A stretch of 44,379 bases of DNA from Candidatus Gastranaerophilales bacterium (GTDB lineage: Bacteria > Cyanobacteriota > Vampirovibrionia > Gastranaerophilales > Gastranaerophilaceae). Under the pieces are notes generated by a model. That model saw only the letters and a program-made list of their open reading frames with translations. It had not been told where the DNA came from and made no database searches. The stretch's first letter is position 1; each line of letters begins with the position of its first letter. The position numbers and the translations under genes were made by a program. The stretch is taken from positions 1 through 44,379 of the forward strand of contig CALUSN010000001.1 in assembly GCA_944323435.1 (NCBI GenBank), in the 5' to 3' direction. Shown piece by piece: positions 1-10,512 of the stretch.

Positions 1-47
1 GTTTGTGATTACTTGGAACTCTGTGAACGTTTGCTCAACTCTTTATC

Positions 48-76
48 ATTGTAGCATATTAAACAGGCTTTTTCAA
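48..76 (-). promoter_or_regulatory. sigma70-type promoter pointing out of the left window edge
   Basis: Minus strand reads TTGAAA-N17-TACAAT with an extended -10 TG (ATGC-TACAAT); target lies outside the window. Confidence 0.6.
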
Positions 77-185
77 GTGAGTTGACAAAACGTTAATATC
101 CGTTTTAAGTCTGGTCTATAAAACAATAATAGTTCTATCGCCTTTATGTATCCAGCTTGGAAGTAATGTTTTAGAAAGGTCAGGC

Positions 186-1025
186 TTATACTTTTTTTGA
201 TATAAATTTTTGTAAAGCCGCGAGAACAAATATTATTACAAATAAAATATATGCAAGAGCGCAGGATTTTCCGATATCAAAATACTCAAATGCGTATTTA
301 TAGACAGAATAAACGATTACATTTGTGGAATTATCGGGTCCTCCCGAGGTCATAACATAGATTAAATCAAATATCTGGAAAGAAGAAATTGCTGTCACAA
401 GGGTTACAAAATAAATAGTCGGCTTCAAGAGAGGTACAGTAATATTCCAAAAAATTTCATTTTCCCCCGCTCCGTCAATTTTTGCGGCTTCATAAACATT
501 TTGATTAATCGTGGAAAATCCGGTAAGAAATAATACAACATTGTACCCGATAAGTTTCCAGACTGATACAAAAATCAAAACCGGCATTGCAAGACGCGTA
601 TCAAAAAGCCAGGTCAGGTGAGTTTTAAAAAGAGTGTTTACAAGCCCTATATTCGGGTCAAATATCCACGACCAGACAATTGCAATTACAACGGCAGGTG
701 TTATAAACGGAAGAAAATAAATCGTTTTATAAATCTCGCTTCCTCTGATTTTTGTATTAAGGACAGAGGCTATAAAAAGAGGAATAATTACGGCAAAGAA
801 TGTGGTTGAAATTGCATAAACAAAGGTATTAATAAGAATCTGCAAAAATTCCGGCTCTGAAAGAACGGCTTTGTAATTGTCAAAACCCGCAAAAGTTATT
901 TCATTCAATAAATCCCAGTTTGTGAAACTCAATAAAAAAGAGCAGAATATCGGAATAATTATAAAAATAAATGTTCCGACAAGCGCCGGCAGTACAAATA
1001 ACAATCCTCTTTTTGATTTATCCAT
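186..1025 (-). CDS. Carbohydrate ABC transporter permease (MalF/UgpA family)
   Basis: 279 aa, about 6 TM segments, EAA loop VYEAAKIDGAG, FQIFDLIYVMTSGGP motif. Confidence 0.92.
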   Translation of the reverse strand: MDKSKRGLLFVLPALVGTFIFIIIPIFCSFLLSFTNWDLLNEITFAGFDNYKAVLSEPEFLQILINTFVYAISTTFFAVIIPLFIASVLNTKIRGSEIYKTIYFLPFITPAVVIAIVWSWIFDPNIGLVNTLFKTHLTWLFDTRLAMPVLIFVSVWKLIGYNVVLFLTGFSTINQNVYEAAKIDGAGENEIFWNITVPLLKPTIYFVTLVTAISSFQIFDLIYVMTSGGPDNSTNVIVYSVYKYAFEYFDIGKSCALAYILFVIIFVLAALQKFISKKV

Positions 1026-1062
1026 GGTATTATTATACTATAGTAAACAGTGAGGAGTGAAT

Positions 1063-2544
1063 ATGCTAAAAGAATCAGCATTCGGAAAGAATGATATAAG
1101 AGGAATTTACGGAGACGATATAACAGAAGAGTTGTTTTATTATACAGGAAGAGGCTTTGTCCAATTTCTTGTAAAAGAGACAAAACAATTGCCTTCGGAT
1201 ATCTGGATAAGCGTTTGCAGGGATGCAAGACTGCATTCGCCTTCGCTTTCAAAATCTCTGATAGAAGGTATTCGCTCTTGCGGTGCTAATGTTGTAGATA
1301 TGGGGCTTGCCCCGACACCATTGGGATATTATTCGGAAGTTGCAGGGCTTCCTCCATATATTACTAAATATAAACCTGTAACAGGCGCAATGATTATTAC
1401 GGCAAGCCACAATCCAAGCCAGTACAACGGTTTAAAGATGACTTATGCAAAACAATCTTTGGATGAAGAGCAAATTAAGGTTGTAAGAGATTTGACAATG
1501 GAAGAATATAAGCTTGCAATTCCTCCGGTTCCTTTTGGAATCTTAAATGAGTATGATCTTATTCCTGATTACATTGAAGATATGCAGAAACGTTTCGGCA
1601 GAATCGGAGAAGGAATTAAAGTTGTTGTAGACAGCGCAAACGCTACAGGAGGAGTTGTTGCTCCTAGATTGTACAGGGCTCTTGGCTGTGAAGTCGTTGA
1701 ACTTTATTCAATGCCTGACGGAAGATTCCCGCATCACCACCCGAACCCTAGTGATGAAAAAACTTTGACCGATATTAAAAAAGCCGTTGTTGCTAATAAA
1801 GCTGATTTAGGTATAGCTTTTGACGGCGACAGTGACAGAATCGGAGTTATAGATTCTGACGGCAACTCGATGACAGGTGACAAACTGCTTTTGATTTACG
1901 CTGAAGAAGTAATAAAAGAATATAACGAAAAAGGAATCAAACCTGTTATTGTATCGGAAGTTAAGTGCTCTCAGGTTCTTTATGACACGATTAATGCAAC
2001 AGGCGGGGTTGCAGTTATGTGCAAAACCGGTCACGGCTATATTAAATCAAAAATGAAAGAAACCGGAGCAGTTCTTGCGGGAGAAATGAGCGGACATACT
2101 TTCTTTAAAGACCGCTATTTTGGTTTTGATGATGCGGTTTATGCAGGGTGCAGAATTATTGAAATCGTTGCAAATAAAAAAAGACAAAACCCGAATTTTA
2201 AAATAACAGAGCTGCTTAAACCGTTTGAATCAATGTATTCTTCCCACGAAGTACGTTTAGCCTGCCCGAATTCATTCAAAGCTCCGGTTTTGGAAGAATT
2301 TCAGAAGCTTATTGCCGAAAATCCGGATTTCTTCGGAACACCTATCAAGGACATAATAACAATTGACGGTATGAGAATTGTGTTTGAAAAGGGTTTTGCT
2401 CTAATCAGACAAAGTAATACAGAGCCTGTGTTTACTCTGCGTTTTGAAGCAGATAGCAAAGAAAATGCGCAAAAATACGAGGAATTGATGGTTAATAAAC
2501 TTCTGGAGATAATCAAAGAACTTTCTGTAAAAGTTTCAGTCTGA
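1063..2544 (+). CDS. Phosphomannomutase/phosphoglucomutase (alpha-D-phosphohexomutase)
   Basis: DIRG, TASHNP phosphoserine loop, FDGDSDR metal loop, GEMSGH; GAGGAG RBS favours the ATG at 1063 over the GTG at 1057. Confidence 0.95.
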   Translation: MLKESAFGKNDIRGIYGDDITEELFYYTGRGFVQFLVKETKQLPSDIWISVCRDARLHSPSLSKSLIEGIRSCGANVVDMGLAPTPLGYYSEVAGLPPYITKYKPVTGAMIITASHNPSQYNGLKMTYAKQSLDEEQIKVVRDLTMEEYKLAIPPVPFGILNEYDLIPDYIEDMQKRFGRIGEGIKVVVDSANATGGVVAPRLYRALGCEVVELYSMPDGRFPHHHPNPSDEKTLTDIKKAVVANKADLGIAFDGDSDRIGVIDSDGNSMTGDKLLLIYAEEVIKEYNEKGIKPVIVSEVKCSQVLYDTINATGGVAVMCKTGHGYIKSKMKETGAVLAGEMSGHTFFKDRYFGFDDAVYAGCRIIEIVANKKRQNPNFKITELLKPFESMYSSHEVRLACPNSFKAPVLEEFQKLIAENPDFFGTPIKDIITIDGMRIVFEKGFALIRQSNTEPVFTLRFEADSKENAQKYEELMVNKLLEIIKELSVKVSV

Positions 2545-2565
2545 TTTTACACACAAATTTAAGCT

Positions 2566-4422
2566 CTACACCCCGAGTGACGGAGCTATCTGAATAAATG
2601 TTCTGACTAAATCGCCGTCCCACTGCGTTCCGGCGCCTTCTTCAAGAATAGAAATGGCTTTTTCTATATTCATACCGCGCCTGTACGGTCTGTCGCTAAT
2701 CAGCGCGTGATAAGTATCAGCAATTGCAACAATTTTTGCAGCAAGCGGAATCTCGCCGTTTGAAAGTCCTTCCGGATAGCCTTTTCCGTCAATTCTTTCG
2801 TGATGATATTTTACAATCGGAATCAAATCTCTTAAAGACGGGTTTGGCATAAGAACTTTTTCCGTACCTATTGTCGGATGCTGCTTCATTATAGCCCATT
2901 CTTCATCAGATAACGGACCTTCTTTTTTCAGAACATTCTCAGGAATTCCGATTTTTCCGACATCGTGAAGAAGCGCGCCCAGTTTTATGCGCTCGACTTC
3001 TTCTTCCGGAAGATTAATAGCACGAGCCAGAGCCTCGGAAAATTTTGAAACAGAAGTCGAATGACCTTTTGTATACGGATCTTTCGCATCAATTGCACCT
3101 GCAAGAGAAGTTGCAATCTCAGAAATTCTTGCGCCGGAGAGAGCATGGTCGGCATTAAACTTGGAAATCAATTCGTCTTCAAAGTTAATTCCAAGCTGCG
3201 AGTGGCGTTTTCCGATAACTTCAGCATAGGATTTTAAAGCAACATCATCCCAGAAGTTGAAGTCAGCAGAACTGATGATTGCAGACATACCGTCTTTGTA
3301 CCCTTTTGCCTGAGAAATATACATTGCCTGTTCTGCAAGGATTAAGAGTTTTTCTTTATCCTCAGAGCAATCCGGATAAGTTGCAATACCTACCGAAACT
3401 TTTACCGGTCCCACATCATCAATAAAGCAGCAGGAAAGCGAGTAAGTAAGATATTCTGCAACGTATTTAGCCTGTGCAGTCGAGGTATTAGGAAGTATAA
3501 TTGCAATTTCATCCCCGCCGTAACGACCTGCTATATCGCCTTCGCGCATATTCTGGCGCACCTTTTCGGCGACAAGTTTAATAACTTCATCACCTTTTGC
3601 ATGCCCGAGTTCTCTGTTAATCTTTGTAATATTTGCGACATCCATCATCACAAGCGAAAGTTTCTGCTTATTAGTTTCCGCTCTTGAAATTTCATTTGAA
3701 AGAATTTCCTGAAAACCTCTATGGTTATAAAGAAGTGTCAGGTTGTCGGTATTAACAAATCCTTCGCTCTTTTCCTGCAAATCAATATTATCGGTATATA
3801 GAGCCGCCATTTTTGCAATAAGTCTGTAGAGAGTAATATTCTGTCTTGCGCATTTGTCTTCAAATATAATTACCCCGATACATCTATCATTTGTGGAAAT
3901 TAACGGCAGAATAGCAACCGCATTATTTTTGAAATATGCAAGGTTCAAAAAACTTACATCATCTTTAAAAATAATTTCATGATTATTGAAAACCTGAATA
4001 ATAGGATTATCAGTATCTTTTAGAAAAACCTTTGTCGAATAGAAATTTCCATGTTTATCTTTTAATTTAAGATTTATACAGTTAGACTTATCTTTGAATA
4101 ACCCTACTGACATAAACGCGGAATCTATACTCTGAAATATGAGTGATGAAATTTTTGTATACAGTTCATAGAGAGTTTTTACCCCGTTAATTTGAACAAG
4201 CTCTTCTACAACAAATTTATAGCTCAAAGTAAGCCCTTTTTCGTTGTTAAAATTCTTGTTCTGCGGATTACTCAGAGAATTAGCGCAGGTCTTAAACGTA
4301 AGAGCATTGACTTTTGAAACCAGATTCTCTTGAGAAAACGGAGATGTAATCGGGGCTTTTTCTGAAAGATTTGTGATTTTATCTGCTGTATTTTTTTCTT
4401 TATTCACGCTTCCACCTGACAA
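2566..4422 (-). CDS. GAF-like + GGDEF + HD-GYP c-di-GMP turnover protein
   Basis: DNLTLLYN...REGD (I-site)...GRYGGDEI; then LLHDVGKIG, HHERIDGKGYP, DRPYR; TTG start uncertain. Confidence 0.9.
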   Translation of the reverse strand: MSGGSVNKEKNTADKITNLSEKAPITSPFSQENLVSKVNALTFKTCANSLSNPQNKNFNNEKGLTLSYKFVVEELVQINGVKTLYELYTKISSLIFQSIDSAFMSVGLFKDKSNCINLKLKDKHGNFYSTKVFLKDTDNPIIQVFNNHEIIFKDDVSFLNLAYFKNNAVAILPLISTNDRCIGVIIFEDKCARQNITLYRLIAKMAALYTDNIDLQEKSEGFVNTDNLTLLYNHRGFQEILSNEISRAETNKQKLSLVMMDVANITKINRELGHAKGDEVIKLVAEKVRQNMREGDIAGRYGGDEIAIILPNTSTAQAKYVAEYLTYSLSCCFIDDVGPVKVSVGIATYPDCSEDKEKLLILAEQAMYISQAKGYKDGMSAIISSADFNFWDDVALKSYAEVIGKRHSQLGINFEDELISKFNADHALSGARISEIATSLAGAIDAKDPYTKGHSTSVSKFSEALARAINLPEEEVERIKLGALLHDVGKIGIPENVLKKEGPLSDEEWAIMKQHPTIGTEKVLMPNPSLRDLIPIVKYHHERIDGKGYPEGLSNGEIPLAAKIVAIADTYHALISDRPYRRGMNIEKAISILEEGAGTQWDGDLVRTFIQIAPSLGV

Positions 4423-4563
4423 CTGTAAATCTACTAAAAACTCTAAATAAAAAAATTTGCCTGTTTGTTAAAATTTCTTTACAAGAACAAATATCCCTTC
4501 AATTCATATCTTAACATTTTTTCTAAGTTTTTCCAGTCTAAAACCGGATTATATTTACAATTG

Positions 4564-5466
4564 TTAATAAGAAGTTAAAAGAGAAGAGGTTGGAAAAGCC
4601 TCTGAAAATTGAGAAAGAGGAAGCTCAAGAGTAAATTTGTTGTATATTTCTCCGTCTGTTTGCGCGTATATTTTGCCTTTATAACAATCGGCTATAATTT
4701 TGCACAAATACAAATTTATACCATGCCCGATTACAGAATACCTGGGTAATTTTGATAATGCTGCGTTAAACATATTTCTGCATTCGTCTTCCGTAAGAAT
4801 TATACCTTTTGTTATAATTTCAAATTTAAGATATTGAGAGAATCTTTCAAACTTTATAAAAATTTTCTCACCGTAGTTTGAATATACAACAGCGTTTAAT
4901 AACAAATTTATTATTGCAATTTTTATGTCGTTCTTTTCTGCCTCAAGAATAGTATCCACGCCGGAGGCCAGATAAACAAATTCAACATTTTTTTCCTTTG
5001 CCGCATAATCAACTTCCGAAAAACTTTCGAGCAAAAGCTTTTCCATGTTAACTTTTTCGTAAACTGCCGTATGTATTCCGTTTTCAAGATTATAAATTCT
5101 AAGAACCTGAGAAATCATATCAAGAACGTATTTACAGGAATCTTTTATATGCCCGACCAATTCTTTTTGTTCAGGACTTATTTTCTCGCCGGCGTCTTTT
5201 TGAATGAGTTCCAGACCTCTTAATTGTGCGAGAGTCGGAGTTTTCAGATCATGCGTCAGTATTTCCATAAAAAACTGTTTCTGTTTTTCTGCTTCCGCAT
5301 CAACAGCCCTCTGTATTATTTTGTTTAATCTTATATACTTAACTGAATACAGAAACATAAACGCAATGCCGCATATAATTCCTGTATAGTGATTGTCTGT
5401 TTTATACAGCATTAATAGCAACATAATCATAAGAGTTATGTTTATTAAATCTTTCATAATACTCAT
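4564..5466 (-). CDS. Membrane sensor histidine kinase with degenerate ATP-binding boxes
   Basis: 2 N-terminal TMs, H-box THDLKTP, N-box NLLLNAVVYS; G1 reads TKGII and G2 GHGIN. Confidence 0.8.
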   Translation of the reverse strand: MSIMKDLINITLMIMLLLMLYKTDNHYTGIICGIAFMFLYSVKYIRLNKIIQRAVDAEAEKQKQFFMEILTHDLKTPTLAQLRGLELIQKDAGEKISPEQKELVGHIKDSCKYVLDMISQVLRIYNLENGIHTAVYEKVNMEKLLLESFSEVDYAAKEKNVEFVYLASGVDTILEAEKNDIKIAIINLLLNAVVYSNYGEKIFIKFERFSQYLKFEIITKGIILTEDECRNMFNAALSKLPRYSVIGHGINLYLCKIIADCYKGKIYAQTDGEIYNKFTLELPLSQFSEAFPTSSLLTSY

Positions 5467-5500
5467 AATTTATATTCTCATCTAGTCTGTATATAAGATA

Positions 5501-6652
5501 TTACATTATTTTATTTTGAATATAAATTGCCTGAGTGGGTAAAGAATTTAAAAAAGTTTTGTGCAATTTTACATTATGCACGCGCAAAAAGTCTACTCCG
5601 GTCTTAATCAGAGGATAAGAATGCGTTAGGGTAAATATATCTTTTAAATCATTATTCTCTTCTTCAATTCCTAAGAGTCTTTTTCTTGAAATCCCGACCA
5701 TAACAGGACACTCAAGAGCATAAAAAGCTCTGATATTATCAAGAAGCAGGAAATTATCTTCTCTTGATTTTCCAAACCCTATTCCGGGATCAATTATAAT
5801 ATCCTTAATTCCCGCATTTTTTGCTGTCTTTATTTTATTTTTCAGAGACAAAAACACTTCTTCTACAACATTTTTGTATACCGGAAAATCTGAAGGCGTA
5901 CACTTTGAATGCTGAATAATAACACCTGCATTATACTTAGATACTACATCTGCCAACTTAGAATCGTATTCAAGTCCGGAAACATCATTAATCAAGTCAG
6001 CGCCGTTATTTAAAACATAATCCGCAACTTCCGCGCATCTTGTATCAACGCTTATTTTTATTTCCGGCTTTTCTTTTCTTATAAAATCAAAAACCGGCTT
6101 AAGCCTCTCAATTTGTTCCTTAGCCGCAACAGGCTCAGCCCCCGGGCGGGTGCTTTCTGCCCCTATATCAATCATATCAGCGCCGTCCAGAATGAGTTCT
6201 TCAAATCTTTTTATGGCATCATTGGGCTTTAAATATTCACCGCCATCTGAAAAAGAGTCCGGAGTGACATTCAAAATACCTGCAATCTTTGTTTTTCTGC
6301 GTTCCGGTTTTAAAAACTCCTTAATTTCTTCCGCTAAAATTCTAAGTTTAAAGGGCTGGGATTTAAGTTTGTCCGCTATTTTATTAAGCTGGGAAAAGCT
6401 TCCGCAAAGAATTGCATCGGATTTTTCAATCTGAGCGGTTATAACATTTCTGTTTACCGCACAATCAGCCCCGAAGATTAAAGCAGTCTGCTTCAAAATA
6501 TTTGCCTGAGCAGTAGAGAGGTTATAAACTTTTATATTCTTATACCGGAATTTATCCGCCGCTTTTTTAAGATAAGAAGAATCAAACCCGATTTGCACGA
6601 GTTCCGTCTCTATCATATTACTGTTTATTTCTCTTAATAAAAAACTTGTCAT
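5501..6652 (-). CDS. folP: Dihydropteroate synthase with about 120-aa N-terminal extension
   Basis: NVTPDSFSDGG, IGAESTRPG, DPGIGFGK, SRK, RVHNV. Confidence 0.95.
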   Translation of the reverse strand: MTSFLLREINSNMIETELVQIGFDSSYLKKAADKFRYKNIKVYNLSTAQANILKQTALIFGADCAVNRNVITAQIEKSDAILCGSFSQLNKIADKLKSQPFKLRILAEEIKEFLKPERRKTKIAGILNVTPDSFSDGGEYLKPNDAIKRFEELILDGADMIDIGAESTRPGAEPVAAKEQIERLKPVFDFIRKEKPEIKISVDTRCAEVADYVLNNGADLINDVSGLEYDSKLADVVSKYNAGVIIQHSKCTPSDFPVYKNVVEEVFLSLKNKIKTAKNAGIKDIIIDPGIGFGKSREDNFLLLDNIRAFYALECPVMVGISRKRLLGIEEENNDLKDIFTLTHSYPLIKTGVDFLRVHNVKLHKTFLNSLPTQAIYIQNKIM

Positions 6653-6896
6653 ATAGTAATATTATCATAAAAGAGCATTCTAATGAGCATCGGGGGGGGC
6701 TTAGAATAATCAACAAGAGCAAATTCGGAGACACAAAGGGAAGAAGAGAAACAAAATGCATTATTAATAAAAACTTGCAATTGTCGTCTGCTCGCTCCAA
6801 AAAGATAATTGTAGATATTTATTTATTAACTCCTTAGCAAAAAATTTTTTTACCTGTTTTTTATTCATTACTGTACAAAATAAAGGGTTTGAAATT

Positions 6897-8333
6897 ATGA
6901 ATATAGGAAAAATATCTTTTTACAATAATTATGGAATGAATTATAAAAGAAATACGGATAACCGGACAGTTTTTGGAAGCAGAAAAGAAAAACTTGTTAC
7001 CGACGGTATAAAACTTGGAGCGAGTGCACTTTCTGCAAGTGCTTTATTTCTAATGGCGAAAAATGATGTTAAAAACCCTGAAAAAATTATTGATGAATAT
7101 TATGCAAACGAAAACAGCAGAGTTATAAATGCAAAATTTAATCTGAACAGATTTTCAGAACAAGAAAAATATGAAATCAACCACCGCATTGATGACATAA
7201 ATCTTTACCCTAAAGCTTTCAGAGCAATTATTAATGCTAAAAATGAAGATAATACTTACAAATTTGATTTCCAGGATTCAATGACCTTATTTGATGATGC
7301 CGGAGAAGAAATAGATAAGTATCCGGAAATTTTTAAACAAATTATAAATGCAAAAGATAAAGACGGAAAAACAAGATTTAATCGTGATGAGTGTGCTGCA
7401 CTTATGAGACAGGCGGATTTGTTAAAAGCTTACCCTAAAGCATTTGAAGCTGTATTATCTATAACGGAATTAGATGCAGAAGATTGCCGGAATTTTATAA
7501 CAGATACGGGCGCTGCTATTCAGGAATTTCCGTTTATTTTAGATGAAGCGCTGCAAAGTGTTCCAAAGGATAGCAATAGTTACGGTAAGCAACTTATACA
7601 CACTCTAAAGAGGCTGTTTTTGGAACGTACTGATAAACAACAATGGGAATTAAAGAAGCAGCGTGAAATAGCTGAAATAGCAGCCCGCTTAGCACAAGAA
7701 GAGAAAGCTCAGGCTAAAGCAAATGCCAGAGCTAAAAAAGCAGAAGCAAAACAGGCTGTAATGGAAGAGTGGAACAAAAAAACCGGCTGGATTAATGCAG
7801 ATAAACTGTTCGACAAAGTTAAAGACACGGTTACAAAAAATACTCCACTCATACTGGAAACAGGAGAAGTTCTGCCTGATGAAATAAAATATGACATTGC
7901 GGCAAATATAATGAAATGGCCGAGAAAAGCCAGAAATATTATAAATGCAAGATACAAAAACCTACAGCCTCTGTTTAATGAAAAAGACTGTTATGAAATA
8001 TTAAGTGAGCTAGAATCATATTATAGTGCTGATAATTTAGGATTGTTAAGGCACACTACCGAAGATGATGAGCCGTTTTTTAATACAAAACAACGTAAGG
8101 AATTGTTAAAAGTTCACCCTTCCAACAGAGATTTTATACTTCGTAAATATATGTTTTCGGCTACACGCCAATACAGTACCGATGAGCTGGTAGAAATAGC
8201 AAAAAACATTCCGGCAATGGGGTTTTATCGGTCTCCCTTCGGAAAATTAGTAGAACTAAAGGATGAAAACGACAACTATAAATACACAGTTCAGGAATGT
8301 ATTGACAAGACAAAAAACGGAGAAGAAAGCTAA
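6897..8333 (+). CDS. Hypothetical protein with internal helical repeats
   Basis: 478-aa ORF; recurring YP..F..IINAK.....F(D/N) units; N-terminus MNIGKISF and a hydrophobic stretch near residues 40-54. Confidence 0.8.
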   Translation: MNIGKISFYNNYGMNYKRNTDNRTVFGSRKEKLVTDGIKLGASALSASALFLMAKNDVKNPEKIIDEYYANENSRVINAKFNLNRFSEQEKYEINHRIDDINLYPKAFRAIINAKNEDNTYKFDFQDSMTLFDDAGEEIDKYPEIFKQIINAKDKDGKTRFNRDECAALMRQADLLKAYPKAFEAVLSITELDAEDCRNFITDTGAAIQEFPFILDEALQSVPKDSNSYGKQLIHTLKRLFLERTDKQQWELKKQREIAEIAARLAQEEKAQAKANARAKKAEAKQAVMEEWNKKTGWINADKLFDKVKDTVTKNTPLILETGEVLPDEIKYDIAANIMKWPRKARNIINARYKNLQPLFNEKDCYEILSELESYYSADNLGLLRHTTEDDEPFFNTKQRKELLKVHPSNRDFILRKYMFSATRQYSTDELVEIAKNIPAMGFYRSPFGKLVELKDENDNYKYTVQECIDKTKNGEES

Positions 8334-8659
8334 TCAACAACCCATTTTTTAGGGTCGAATTTAAAATCCGAGACCTTCATTTTTAAAGATTTTGCATAGG
8401 GTTCAAATTTTTTAAGCAGAATAATTTTGTGCAGCGAAAGCTCCTGCGCAACAATCGGATTCTCGCAAGCAATTACCATTACATAACCCGGAAGCATTGA
8501 ATAAGGTTTTGATCTGCCCTTGAATTTTGAAGGCAGAATTTTATCCCATAAGTTTATCAGGTTAGTCCGCGCAATTGCTTTTTTAAGCTGCGGATTATCC
8601 ATCATTGAACTTATTACCGAATCTACCCCTTCAAAATCTGTATAAAGAACTTTTTTCAT
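8330..8659 (-). CDS. dciA: DciA/DUF721 family protein (helicase loader-like)
   Basis: 109 aa, LWDKIL...MVIACENPIVAQELSLHK pattern typical of DUF721. Confidence 0.7.
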   Translation of the reverse strand: MKKVLYTDFEGVDSVISSMMDNPQLKKAIARTNLINLWDKILPSKFKGRSKPYSMLPGYVMVIACENPIVAQELSLHKIILLKKFEPYAKSLKMKVSDFKFDPKKWVVD

Positions 8660-8680
8660 TGTTTATGTTATTATTTTTCT

Positions 8681-9628
8681 ATGAGCTGCAATTTAAATGA
8701 TATCATAAAATCATCAAATAAGATACTTCTTTTATCACACATGAACCCTGACGGTGATACATTGGGTTCTATGTGCGCTCTCTATAGCATGATTTATCAC
8801 CGGTTTAAGAAAAAAGCCGATATGAGCGTTGTATCTAATATCCCATATAATTACAAATTTATACCTAATATCGACCTTGCTGAGCGTTATTTTGATAAGT
8901 CTCTGGTTTATGACCTTGTTATAACTCTTGATGTTGCGGCTATAGAGAGAACTCTGGATTCCAAAATCCTTTTTGATAAAGCAAAATTAAGCATTAATAT
9001 AGATCATCACAAAACCAATCCTGGGTTCGGAGACTATCAGATTATTAATCCGGATGCAAGCTCCTGCGGTGAAGTTCTTTTTGATATTTTTAAATCCGAA
9101 AACTGGACAATTGATAAAGATTCCGCAATCTGTTTATATACGGCAATAATGACAGATACGGGAAACTTCAGGTTTGAAAATACTTCATCAAGCACTCTCA
9201 GAGCAGCGGCAGATCTGGTTGATGCCGGAGCTAATCCGAATTATATCTACAAAATGTGTTATGAAACTAAAACCAAAAACTTTGTAATGTTCCAAAACTA
9301 TTGCGTAAATAAAGCTGTATTTTTGGAGGACAATAAAATAGCCTATACAACTGTTTACAAAAAAGATCTGGAGAAATTTTCAGCAGGTGACGATTACACG
9401 GACGGAATCGCGGAAACTCTCCGGGCAATAGATACAACAGAAGTTTCTTTTGTAGCAAAAGAAGTTGATACAAAATTAACTAAGATTTCAATGCGCTCTA
9501 AAAAAGTTGATGTAGCCGAGATTTGTTCAAAATTTGGCGGCGGCGGACATACTTTTGCAGCAGGCTGCACAATAAAATTAAATGTACAGGACTCCATTGA
9601 CAAATTGTTGAGAGAAATAAAACCGTGA
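8681..9628 (+). CDS. nrnA: DHH/DHHA1 bifunctional oligoribonuclease/PAP phosphatase
   Basis: HMNPDGD, IDHH, TDTGNF, SMRS, GGGGHTFAAG. Confidence 0.92.
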   Translation: MSCNLNDIIKSSNKILLLSHMNPDGDTLGSMCALYSMIYHRFKKKADMSVVSNIPYNYKFIPNIDLAERYFDKSLVYDLVITLDVAAIERTLDSKILFDKAKLSINIDHHKTNPGFGDYQIINPDASSCGEVLFDIFKSENWTIDKDSAICLYTAIMTDTGNFRFENTSSSTLRAAADLVDAGANPNYIYKMCYETKTKNFVMFQNYCVNKAVFLEDNKIAYTTVYKKDLEKFSAGDDYTDGIAETLRAIDTTEVSFVAKEVDTKLTKISMRSKKVDVAEICSKFGGGGHTFAAGCTIKLNVQDSIDKLLREIKP

Positions 9629-10512
9629 GATTCAGAACACTGAGAAATATAATAAATTCTGTAATAGAGCACGACTATTTCGGTATGGCATCCGAGATGG
9701 GGTATATGCTCTGTATCGGAATCTGTCCTTTTCTTCTGTTTTTAACTGCAATTTTCGGGTACATAGGTAAGCAAAACTTTATGCAGCCGATTTTTATTTT
9801 TATGCAGAATATTATGCCGACAGATGTGCTTACGGTTGTTAATACTGTATTAAATGAGGTTTTCTTCTTCAAAAAAGGCGGACTTGTTGCCGTTTTAGGC
9901 TTTTGTATAACGCTGTTTCTTTCTACAAACACAATAGCAATTGTTGCGAAAGGCTTGAACAGAGCTTATAAGGTAAAAGAAACCAGAAGTTTTCTTTATT
10001 CAAGGCTTCTGGCGCTTATTATGGTATTTGTAAATACGCTGGTTTTGTTTTTGAGTATTACATTAATCGTATTCGGTAAAGTTATTATAAAATTTTTGGT
10101 TGCTTATATAGGAATGACCCAGCATCTGGCAAACATTATGTTATTTGTCCGCTGGCCGATTGCGTTTTTAACCCTGTTTATCATGGCGTATTTGAGTTAT
10201 TACATACTGCCGGATTTGAGCGGTAATGAAAAACTCCGCAGGCATAGTGCTTTACCGGGGACGATATTTTTCTGCGTATCCTGGCTGCTGGGTTCGTGGT
10301 TGTTTTCAGTGTATATTAACAACTTGCATACGTATAACTTTGTATACGGAACTATTGCCGGATTTGCGGTTATGATGGTCTGGCTTTACTATACATCAAT
10401 TTTAATACTGATAGGCGGTGAAATTAATTCACAACTTTATAATAAACTGGAAAGGCGTGAAGAAATAATTGCGCGCAGAGACAGGATGCGAAAAAATGAT
10501 AACGCGGTATAG
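9625..10512 (+). CDS. YihY/virulence factor BrkB family membrane protein
   Basis: About 6 TMs, LNRAYKV, YGTIAGFAVMMVWLY...GGEIN; GTG start overlaps the upstream stop (GTGA). Confidence 0.9.
   Translation: MRFRTLRNIINSVIEHDYFGMASEMGYMLCIGICPFLLFLTAIFGYIGKQNFMQPIFIFMQNIMPTDVLTVVNTVLNEVFFFKKGGLVAVLGFCITLFLSTNTIAIVAKGLNRAYKVKETRSFLYSRLLALIMVFVNTLVLFLSITLIVFGKVIIKFLVAYIGMTQHLANIMLFVRWPIAFLTLFIMAYLSYYILPDLSGNEKLRRHSALPGTIFFCVSWLLGSWLFSVYINNLHTYNFVYGTIAGFAVMMVWLYYTSILILIGGEINSQLYNKLERREEIIARRDRMRKNDNAV

Noticed and set aside
6618-6837. Short ORFs and a G8-loop hairpin upstream of folP
   Set aside because: No RBS or family motifs; the ATTCTAA/TTAGAAT stem is weak and I cannot match it to a known folate riboswitch
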